Shown here: positions 34,201 through 42,034 of the stretch, piece after piece
Layout of the letters: every line of letters begins with the position of its first letter
Numbering within the stretch: the first letter of the stretch is position 1
NCBI GenBank assembly: GCA_964437185.1
Contig: CAYTFU010000006.1
Coordinates: 1-63,459, forward strand
Source of the DNA: an uncultured Candidatus Saccharibacteria bacterium
Lineage (GTDB): Bacteria > Patescibacteriota > Minisyncoccia > Phycocordibacterales > UBA2100
DNA length: 63,459 nt
Direction: 5' to 3'
Notes under the pieces: generated by a model
What the model saw: the letters and a program-made list of their open reading frames with translations, nothing else
Database searches by the model: none
Told to the model about the DNA's origin: nothing
Made by a program: the position numbers and the translations under genes

Positions 34201-36099
34201 ATGTCTGAAATGCGCATTGGGAAGAGGCTTATTGGTGATGGGCATCCCACGTACATCATCGCAGAGATCGGGCTCAATCATCAGGGCGACCCCAAGATGG
34301 CTAAGACGCTCATAGATCACGCGGTCGCGGCAGGCGTAGATGCGGTCAAATTTCAGAAACGATCATTGAAAGATGTATACACCGACCGTACGATGAAGCA
34401 CGCGGGTGCCGAAGAGCACGGCACGCATTACACATTGCAACATATCGTAAAATCAGAATTATCCGATGCGCAGATGACGGAGTTGTGTCGCTATGCGCGC
34501 TCCAAGAATGTGGAGTTCCTCTGCTCCCCGTGGGACGAAGAAAGTCTCATGTTCTTGCGGACACTTGATGTGCCCGCCTACAAGGTGGGGTCCGCAGACA
34601 TGTTCAACCTCAGGCTTCTAGGAAAAATCGCCGCGCTCAAAAAGCCGATGCTTATTTCGACTGGCATGTCTTTTGTTTCGGAGATTGAGCAGGTCGCAAC
34701 ATTTCTCAAAAAATCGAATGCCGAATACGCTCTGCTTCACTGCAATAGCACCTATCCGGCGCCACACCACGACGTCAATCTGAATTTTCTGAAGGTGCTC
34801 AAGGAACGGTTCAGTGAGATCATTGGATACTCTGGACATGAGTCAGGTATAACGGTGACGTGCGCGGCCGTAGCGATGGGGGCGAAAGTGATTGAGCGAC
34901 ACCTTACCACGGACAAAACGCTCCCGGGGCCCGATCACAAGGCCAGTTTGTTGCCGGCGGAGTTTGCAGAATTGGTGAAGCAGATCCGCATAGTAGAGTC
35001 CGCGCTCGGTGACGGAGTCCGGTTTCCGTCCCGAGGCGAGTACCTTAATCGAGAGACCCTGTCCAAAAGTATCGTCGCTGCCCACGATATAAAAAAGGGT
35101 GCGGTACTCTCCTACGACGACCTAGACCTGAAAAGTCCTGGGAAAGGCACGAGCCCCTTGAAGCTCGACATCTTTGTCGGTAAAAAATTGACGAAACGAA
35201 GTGTTAAGAAGGATGACTACATTCTTGAGTCCGATATCGACCTGCGGCCCGCCAGCATGTACGGGCCGATGACGCTTAAGCACAAATGGGGAGTGGTGGC
35301 GCGCATGAGCGATATAGAGACCCTGCTGCACTGCGGCTCAAATTTTGTCGAAATCCACCTCACAGACTCAGATGTAACTGCCGATCTAAAGTACACAAAA
35401 AAATACAATATCGACGTTGCATTTCATGGGCCCGAGTACAATCACGATTTGCTCCTGAATCTATCGAGTATGGATGCCGACGTACGCGCGCGTTCAGTTG
35501 AGTTTTTCAACCGTGCACTTACCCATGCGCGAAAGGTCAAAAAGCTATTCAAAAATGGAAAGAGCGACGTGAAGTTCGTGGTGCATCCTGGGGGGATGGC
35601 GATGGATAAGCCACTACGCGAGCACATCGATACTCTCAACAAAAATCTTGCGGATTCACTCTCCAAACTTGACGCTGAGGGATTTGAAATTCTACTCGAA
35701 AATATGCCGGGGTGCCCGTGGTATTTTGGAGGTCAGTGGTATCATGCAAATTTTATGGACGCGGCAGAAATCGCCGCCTTTTCGAAAAAAAACGGGTATG
35801 GCATTGTGTTTGATACCTCGCATGCCGCACTGTACTGCAATTATTACAAGAAAGATCTAAATGAATTCGCACGAACGATTCTACCGGTTACCAAGTATGT
35901 ACACATTTCTGACGCCGCAAAATTTAACGGAGAAGGGCTGCAGATTGGCGACGGTTCTATCGATTTCGATGCGCTCTTGGAGCAGCTCGTCAAAAAGGAC
36001 GTTTGGTTTCTTCCCGAGATTTGGCAGGGACACAAATTTGGAGGCGAGGGATTCGTAAAGGCGGTACACAATCTCATAAAGATACGCCCTGATTTATAA
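34201..36099 (+). CDS. Fusion protein: NeuB-type nonulosonic acid synthase (with SAF domain) plus C-terminal xylose-isomerase-like TIM-barrel (sugar phosphate isomerase/epimerase)
   Basis: IGDGHPTYIIAEIGLNHQGD..GVDAVKFQK is the NeuB/PseI/LegI signature. SAF-like AAHDIKKGAVLSYDDLDLKSPG. From about nt 35270: VEIHLTD..FHGPE..VVHPGG..LENMPG..FDTSHA..HISDA. The ATG is at 34201; the listed start at 34192 is a GTG. Confidence 0.75.
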   Translation: MSEMRIGKRLIGDGHPTYIIAEIGLNHQGDPKMAKTLIDHAVAAGVDAVKFQKRSLKDVYTDRTMKHAGAEEHGTHYTLQHIVKSELSDAQMTELCRYARSKNVEFLCSPWDEESLMFLRTLDVPAYKVGSADMFNLRLLGKIAALKKPMLISTGMSFVSEIEQVATFLKKSNAEYALLHCNSTYPAPHHDVNLNFLKVLKERFSEIIGYSGHESGITVTCAAVAMGAKVIERHLTTDKTLPGPDHKASLLPAEFAELVKQIRIVESALGDGVRFPSRGEYLNRETLSKSIVAAHDIKKGAVLSYDDLDLKSPGKGTSPLKLDIFVGKKLTKRSVKKDDYILESDIDLRPASMYGPMTLKHKWGVVARMSDIETLLHCGSNFVEIHLTDSDVTADLKYTKKYNIDVAFHGPEYNHDLLLNLSSMDADVRARSVEFFNRALTHARKVKKLFKNGKSDVKFVVHPGGMAMDKPLREHIDTLNKNLADSLSKLDAEGFEILLENMPGCPWYFGGQWYHANFMDAAEIAAFSKKNGYGIVFDTSHAALYCNYYKKDLNEFARTILPVTKYVHISDAAKFNGEGLQIGDGSIDFDALLEQLVKKDVWFLPEIWQGHKFGGEGFVKAVHNLIKIRPDL

Positions 36100-36119
36100 T
36101 TACTCGCCGCCGTGGTTGA

Positions 36120-37145
36120 ATGGAGGGTATGAAGAAACGGGCACTGATTACGGGCGTGACGGGACAGGACGGCTCTTATCTCGCCGAATTGTTGCTCGAT
36201 AAAGGATACGATGTCTATGGGTTGGTGCGCCGGACGAGTGCTGGCCCTTCCGAATTACTCGAGCGACTGCATCGTGAACGCGGGCTTACTTTTATACACG
36301 GGGATTTGCACGACAGTGAATCCTTGAAGCGAGCCGTGTCTATCGCACGGCCGGATGAGCTTTATAACCTCGCGTCGCAATCGCATGTTGGCGTTTCCTT
36401 TGAGTTGCCAGACGACGCTTGGGAAATCAATTATCTCGGGGCAGGTAGAGTGATCACTGAGGCACTTGCCGCGAATACGAGTCTCAGGGTCTATCAGGCA
36501 TCCTCTTCAGAGATGTTTGGCACGGCACCCGCTCCCCAAAATGAACTTTCTCCCTTTCTGCCCGTGAGTCCGTATGGAGAAGCGAAGTTACGTGCGCATA
36601 GAGACTTCGTTGTTGAGAATCGAGATAAGAATGGCGCGTACGTATGTTCGGGTATTTTGTTCAATCACGAATCGCCGCGTCGCGGGAAGCATTTTGTGAC
36701 GCGAAAGATTACAGTGTCCCTCGCAAAAATTAAACTCGGCCTGCAAGATCGTCTCGAACTCGGCAATCTCGCTACGCGACGCGATTGGGGGTACGCAAAG
36801 GAGTACGTGGTGGCCATGCACTCGATGCTGCAGCAGAGTACCGCGGAAGATTTTGTGATCGCAACTGGGATACAGCACGCCGTCCGTGATTTTGTTGATG
36901 CGGCGGCGGCAGTACTTGAGATACCGCTCACCTGGGAGGGGGAAGGTATGGATGAGGTGGGAAGAGACGCTCAGGGAAAGGTTGTCGTGTCGGTCAACAG
37001 CAAATTTTTTCGACCAAAAGAGTTGGGAGGGTTGGTGGGCGATGCAACGAAAGCAAAGAAGATACTTGGATGGAGGCCGCACGTTTCTTTCGCGGAACTT
37101 GTACGTCTAATGACGCGTGCGGATTTCGATGCGCTCTCTCGATAG
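36120..37145 (+). CDS. gmd: GDP-mannose 4,6-dehydratase family protein (divergent paralog)
   Basis: [52 protein letters not shown] and DFVIATG. Confidence 0.75.
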   Translation: MEGMKKRALITGVTGQDGSYLAELLLDKGYDVYGLVRRTSAGPSELLERLHRERGLTFIHGDLHDSESLKRAVSIARPDELYNLASQSHVGVSFELPDDAWEINYLGAGRVITEALAANTSLRVYQASSSEMFGTAPAPQNELSPFLPVSPYGEAKLRAHRDFVVENRDKNGAYVCSGILFNHESPRRGKHFVTRKITVSLAKIKLGLQDRLELGNLATRRDWGYAKEYVVAMHSMLQQSTAEDFVIATGIQHAVRDFVDAAAAVLEIPLTWEGEGMDEVGRDAQGKVVVSVNSKFFRPKELGGLVGDATKAKKILGWRPHVSFAELVRLMTRADFDALSR

Positions 37146-37182
37146 GGTAGTATATCGTAACTGAACGCCCAAGGCGTTGCAG

Positions 37183-38343
37183 ATGTCATCGAATATGTTG
37201 CACATACACAAAGTGATTTTTCCATACGGAGTGGGCACCCAAGTTGGAGGTGAGAAGCTTGTGATTTTCTTTGGAGCGGACTTCTATAATTTTCCGAAGG
37301 GCTCAGATATTCCGCTGTTTGTCGAAAAAACAAACCATATGCTCAGGTATATAGAGAGGAATTTTCCCGGCTGTCGCTACTTGTACCAACCTCATCCAAA
37401 CGAAACAGATGAATATACCCATATAGAACTCGGTGAGTTTAACGTAGGAGAGAAAACGATTGCGGATGTTCTGATGTGGAAAGAGTTTGGCCGAATTGAA
37501 GGGGTGTTCGCGGCTTGTTCTTGGGCGGCGGCGACTGCGTACTCTATGGGTTTGAGGGCCGGGGTCTTTCTCGACCAGCTTTCTGGTGCCGTACCTGATG
37601 ACGCGCTTATGGGGTGGAGAAGTTACTTCGAGGGCTTTCCAGATTCTTTTTTTATTCGCTCGCTCGACAGCCCGGTCCCTTCCGCGGTATCTCTCGACCC
37701 GAACCGAGAACGAGAATCGTTCGAAAAGATTGTTGCTGCCCTTGGAGACGCAAAGACCGTGTGGTGTATGGCCGCAGATCCAGCGTACGGTATCCGAGCT
37801 TCTATGCTCGCCAGAAATATCAAGCAGGTGTGCGGAAAGAATGTGAAATTTGGCTTGCTCAAAATTCGTCACCCTCGATGGGACGTAGTTGCGGGAGCAC
37901 GTTTTCTATCTGAATTCGACACAATCGTTTCAGTTCCGTTTCAGTGGTACACCGCAAGGCTTAGTATGGTACCATCGCTTCTTCGGAATATTCTTGAGCT
38001 AAGAAGACTGCCCATCACTCGAGACGATGCGTTTATAAGCTTTTCGCACATGCAGTTTTCTGAGAACGCTGTGCTTTCGTGGTATCCAGGCAAGAAGATT
38101 CTGATGACGGAGAGCAGATGGTATTCGTTTACCTACGAACGTGAAGGTAAAACTGTTTCAAGCGATGGTTACCGAAGATCGCTCGGGGTTCGTTTTTTCA
38201 ACTACGTGCTCGAGCCACTCCTCCGTCTTCACGGTACGGATTTTCGAGAATACAAAGACGGTAAGGTACTGAATTTTTTTCGTTACAAAGACCCGCTCGA
38301 CCGGGTGTATGACTCAGTATTTGTGTTCATCCCGCCAGTTTGA
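37183..38343 (+). CDS. Hypothetical protein (candidate GT-B-like transferase with an HP motif)
   Basis: No family recognised. YLYQPHPNETDEY followed by AACSWAAATAYSMG resembles the HP/S-S motifs of bacterial sialyl-type transferases. The ATG is at 37183. Confidence 0.3.
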   Translation: MSSNMLHIHKVIFPYGVGTQVGGEKLVIFFGADFYNFPKGSDIPLFVEKTNHMLRYIERNFPGCRYLYQPHPNETDEYTHIELGEFNVGEKTIADVLMWKEFGRIEGVFAACSWAAATAYSMGLRAGVFLDQLSGAVPDDALMGWRSYFEGFPDSFFIRSLDSPVPSAVSLDPNRERESFEKIVAALGDAKTVWCMAADPAYGIRASMLARNIKQVCGKNVKFGLLKIRHPRWDVVAGARFLSEFDTIVSVPFQWYTARLSMVPSLLRNILELRRLPITRDDAFISFSHMQFSENAVLSWYPGKKILMTESRWYSFTYEREGKTVSSDGYRRSLGVRFFNYVLEPLLRLHGTDFREYKDGKVLNFFRYKDPLDRVYDSVFVFIPPV

Positions 38344-38382
38344 TCCGCCAGGGTATCGTGTTAGCATTACGCCGCTTAGAGT

Positions 38383-39024
38383 ATGATATTTCCCGGCAAA
38401 AAGATGTTGGTTCGTGTGTATGAATATTCACGAAGACGAGCTTTGTTTTTTCGTCGGTGGATGAAAGTTCCGGTTATTCCGACAAATAAAGAAGGAAAAG
38501 TTTTTCTCAATGTCGGGTGTGGATTCGATTCTGGACCCGAATTCATCAATGTTGATGTACTGCCGTTACCACACATTCACTATGTTCGTAACATTAGTGA
38601 CTTATCGATGTTTCCCAACGAATCTGTAGATTTGCTGTATGCGAGTCATGTGTTTGAGCATATACCGCGACCGAACCTAGATTCGACGCTCAAGGAGTGG
38701 AGACGTGTCTTAAAGAGAGGTGGAACTCTCCGACTTTCCGTACCTGATTTCGATAATCTTGTGACCGCATATATTAACGAAGGAAGACAGGTAGATTTGG
38801 TCCGTGACAATGTTCTCGGGCAGGAGCCGCCGTATGATAACCACTATACACTTTGGAATGAAGCGAAAATGAACGAAGTCTTAGAGGGTGCGGGATTTAC
38901 AAATATCCGCCGCTGGATACCTGAAACCGCCGCGCATCATTCTTTCAAGGATCGGTCGTCACGCAAAATAAAGGCAGGTGATTCCGAGGTGTTGGTGAGT
39001 CTCAATGTTGAGGCCGACAAGTAA
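38383..39024 (+). CDS. Class I SAM-dependent methyltransferase (Methyltransf_11-like)
   Basis: VFLNVGCGFDSGPEFINVD, ASHVFEHI and LKRGGTLRLSVPD. Confidence 0.7.
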   Translation: MIFPGKKMLVRVYEYSRRRALFFRRWMKVPVIPTNKEGKVFLNVGCGFDSGPEFINVDVLPLPHIHYVRNISDLSMFPNESVDLLYASHVFEHIPRPNLDSTLKEWRRVLKRGGTLRLSVPDFDNLVTAYINEGRQVDLVRDNVLGQEPPYDNHYTLWNEAKMNEVLEGAGFTNIRRWIPETAAHHSFKDRSSRKIKAGDSEVLVSLNVEADK

Positions 39025-39037
39025 CATTGTTGCTGCT

Positions 39038-39970
39038 TCAGGCCTCGTAGGAGTTTTTGAACCAATCGTAGGTTCGTGAGAGGCCTTCTGCAAGACCAAT
39101 GTTGTGTCGCCATCCGAGGGCATTGATTTTTGAGGTATCCAAAAGTTTGCGCGGAGTGCCGTCGGGGCGGGAAGGATCCCAGGAAATAGCACCCGAGAAA
39201 CCAACGGTGCTCTTCACGAGCGCGGCCAGACCTTTGATCGATATTTCCTCGCTCGTCCCGATGTTTATGATTTCAGCATCCTCATATCGTTCCATGAGAA
39301 ATACGCACGCTTCGCCGAGGTCGTCGACGTGAAGGAATTCTCGCAGCGGCTCTCCCGTCCCCCAGACCTGCACCTCGCCAGCTCCGGCGACTTTTGCATC
39401 GTGAAAACGCCGAATGAGCGCAGGAAGCACGTGAGAGTGTTCGGGATGAAAGTTGTCATGGGGGCCATAAAGATTGGTCGGCATGACGCTGACGAATCGT
39501 GAACCGAATTGACGATTGTATGACTGGCACATTTCGATACCTGCGATTTTTGCGATGGCATAGGCACGATTCGTCGATTCGAGTGGCCCGGTCATGAAAT
39601 ATTCTTCTTTCATGGGCTGAGGGGCCATGCGCGGATAAATGCACGAGCTTCCGAGAAAGAGGAGCTTTTGGACCTCGTGTGTATGCGCACTTTCGATGAC
39701 GTTGGTCTGAATTTGAAGATTCTCGCGGATGAAATCCGCGGGAAGATCACGGTTGGCCAAAATACCGCCGACACGGGCGGCGGCGAGAAAGACGTATTCC
39801 GGCCGCTCGTCCGCAAAGAATCGTCGGACGGCTTGCTGATCCGTAAGGTCAAGCTCGGCGTGCGCGCGGAAAATGATATTTCGATATCCGTGTTTCTCGA
39901 GTGCGCGCACAATAGCGGAGCCGACGAGTCCGCGGTGGCCAGCTACGTATAGTTTGGAATCTTTCTTCAT
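39038..39970 (-). CDS. fcl: GDP-L-fucose synthase (GDP-4-keto-6-deoxymannose 3,5-epimerase/4-reductase)
   Basis: KLYVAGHRGLVGSAIVRAL..ELDLTDQQAVRRFF..PEYVFLAAARVGGILAN..NLQIQTNVIESA is the classic Fcl/WcaG pattern. Confidence 0.85.
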   Translation of the reverse strand: MKKDSKLYVAGHRGLVGSAIVRALEKHGYRNIIFRAHAELDLTDQQAVRRFFADERPEYVFLAAARVGGILANRDLPADFIRENLQIQTNVIESAHTHEVQKLLFLGSSCIYPRMAPQPMKEEYFMTGPLESTNRAYAIAKIAGIEMCQSYNRQFGSRFVSVMPTNLYGPHDNFHPEHSHVLPALIRRFHDAKVAGAGEVQVWGTGEPLREFLHVDDLGEACVFLMERYEDAEIINIGTSEEISIKGLAALVKSTVGFSGAISWDPSRPDGTPRKLLDTSKINALGWRHNIGLAEGLSRTYDWFKNSYEA

Positions 39971-40016
39971 ACGATGCATGCGAGACGTATGCCGAAAGTA
40001 TACATCTCTTCGCGCA

Positions 40017-41066
40017 TCAATGCTCCGTGCTTATTTTCTTGTCGATGAGGTCGAGATCTGCCGTTACCATGAGTTCTATGAGGCCCTTGAAGGTCACTTT
40101 GGGCTTCCACTTGAGTTTCTTGCGCGCCTTGCTCGCGTCACCCAAAAGAATGTCGACTTCCGCGGGGCGATAGTAGTGCGGATCGATCTCTATGAGGATT
40201 TTTCCAGTCTTCTTGTCGAACCCCTTCTCCTTTCTCCCCTTACCTTTCCATACGATGTCGAAGCCAAGGATCCGGCCGGCAACTTCCACAAGCTCTCGGA
40301 CGGAATGAGTTTCGCCTGTCGCGAGTACGTAGTCGTCGGGTGTATCTTGTTGAAGCATGAGCCACATGCCCTCTACGTAATCTTTTGCGTAGCCCCAGTC
40401 TCGTTTGGCATCAAGATTGCCGAGATAAATCTTGTCTTGTTTACCTCGTTTTATACGCGAAAGCCCTGCGGTGACTTTGCGCGTTACAAATGTCTCACCG
40501 CGACGGGGGGATTCGTGATTGAAAAGAATTCCGTTGCACGCAAAGAGGCCGTAGCTCTCACGGTAATTTTTGGCAATCCAGTATCCGAATACTTTTGCGC
40601 ATCCGTAAGGTGAGCGCGGATGGAAGGGGGTCGTTTCTCTTTGGGGGATTTCTGCAACTTTTCCAAACATTTCCGACGACGAGGCCTGATAGAAGCGCGT
40701 CTTAATACCGGTCTCTCGAATTGCGTCGAGCATCCGCAGTGTGCCAAGAGCATCGACGTCGGCAGTATATTCGGGAATATCGAAGCTGACGCGCACGTGG
40801 CTCTGCGCCCCAAGGTGGTAGATTTCTGCTGGCTTAACCTTCTCCAGGATTCGATTAAGGCTGCTTGTGTCTCCAAGGTCTCCATAATGAAGGATGAGGC
40901 GGCGATTCTTTTCGTGTGGGTCTTTGAGAATATGGTCAATGCGGCCCGTGTTGAAAGAGCTTGATCGGCGGATAATTCCGTGCACCTCGTACCCTTTTTC
41001 AATAAGTAATTCGGCGAGGTAGGAGCCGTCCTGTCCCGTAATGCCCGTAATGAGTGCTTTTTTCAT
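40017..41066 (-). CDS. gmd: GDP-mannose 4,6-dehydratase
   Basis: [64 protein letters not shown] and [18 protein letters not shown] are close to E. coli Gmd. Start trimmed to the ATG at 41066. Confidence 0.9.
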   Translation of the reverse strand: MKKALITGITGQDGSYLAELLIEKGYEVHGIIRRSSSFNTGRIDHILKDPHEKNRRLILHYGDLGDTSSLNRILEKVKPAEIYHLGAQSHVRVSFDIPEYTADVDALGTLRMLDAIRETGIKTRFYQASSSEMFGKVAEIPQRETTPFHPRSPYGCAKVFGYWIAKNYRESYGLFACNGILFNHESPRRGETFVTRKVTAGLSRIKRGKQDKIYLGNLDAKRDWGYAKDYVEGMWLMLQQDTPDDYVLATGETHSVRELVEVAGRILGFDIVWKGKGRKEKGFDKKTGKILIEIDPHYYRPAEVDILLGDASKARKKLKWKPKVTFKGLIELMVTADLDLIDKKISTEH

Positions 41067-41158
41067 AATGATGTATCGGTGCATGGTAGCTTTCGATGGC
41101 ATGCAGTGCAAGGTCGCAGGGATTTGCGCGAGCGATTGTGTACAGGCATACTGCAGTT

Positions 41159-42007
41159 ATGAAAAAGGGGTATGATAGAAAAGCGCGGGGTGCGCGAGGC
41201 GCGCGAGGATCGAAAATAAATGCTAGAGCTACGGGGGCCGCCACCTGGGTCGCCGTATCAGGAGGGTTTGACCCCTTACACATCGGCCATGTGCGCATGT
41301 TTGAGGAGGCGCGAAAACTGGGCGACAAGCTTGTCGTCATCATGAACAACGACAACTGGCTGAAACAAAAAAAGGGTTTTGTCTTTATGCCGCAGCGAGA
41401 GCGGGCAGAAATCATCAAGCACTTACCGTTTGTCGATAAGGTGGTATTTACCGATCACAAAAAAAGCGACGAAGATAAGAGTGTGAAGCGTACGCTTGCG
41501 AAGGTTCGACCTCATATTTTTGCAAACGGTGGGGATAGGGTTTCCAAAAATGTTCCCGAGGTCGCGGTGTGCGAAGAGCTCGGCATCAAAATGGTATTCA
41601 ACGTTGGATCAGGGGGTAAAGTGCAATCATCATCGTGGATGATCAGCGCTGCGCGCCGACCCGCTTCAAAGTCCGTGCGTCCGTGGGGCGAGTATTATGG
41701 ATGGGATCAGGGCGGAGGATGGAATTTGAAAACGATATACATCAGGCCTGGGAAAAGGCTCAGTCTCCAGTACCACCATCATCGCGAGGAGTGGTGGCTG
41801 CTCGTCGAAGGTGACGCGATGGCGACGGTCCATGAAGGAGACGAAGAAAAGTCTTTCGCCCTGAAGAAAGGTGAGGTATTTCGGGTTGGGAAGGGGCAGG
41901 TACACAGATTGTCCTCGAAGAAAGGGGGGGTCATCGTGGAGGTAGCGTACGGCAATTTTGATGAGAATGACATCGTGCGCTTACAAGATGACCACGGTCG
42001 CGTCTAG
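41159..42007 (+). CDS. Fusion protein: cytidylyltransferase-like (HIGH-motif) nucleotidyltransferase plus type II mannose-6-phosphate isomerase-like cupin
   Basis: VAVSGGFDPLHIGHVRMFEEARKLGDKLVVIMNND, then VRPWGEYYGW..IYIRPGKRLSLQYHHHREEWWLLVEGDA (ManC C-terminal cupin pattern). R/G/A-rich N-terminal tail. Confidence 0.6.
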   Translation: MKKGYDRKARGARGARGSKINARATGAATWVAVSGGFDPLHIGHVRMFEEARKLGDKLVVIMNNDNWLKQKKGFVFMPQRERAEIIKHLPFVDKVVFTDHKKSDEDKSVKRTLAKVRPHIFANGGDRVSKNVPEVAVCEELGIKMVFNVGSGGKVQSSSWMISAARRPASKSVRPWGEYYGWDQGGGWNLKTIYIRPGKRLSLQYHHHREEWWLLVEGDAMATVHEGDEEKSFALKKGEVFRVGKGQVHRLSSKKGGVIVEVAYGNFDENDIVRLQDDHGRV

Positions 42008-42034
42008 TGCGTCCCACGAGTCTTCCGTGCTAGA

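Noticed and set aside
37164-37179. Hairpin AACGCC-CAA-GGCGTT after the first gmd paralog, considered as a terminator
   Set aside because: The stem is short (6 bp) and has no downstream T-tract. The next gene starts within a few nucleotides, so read-through is more likely.
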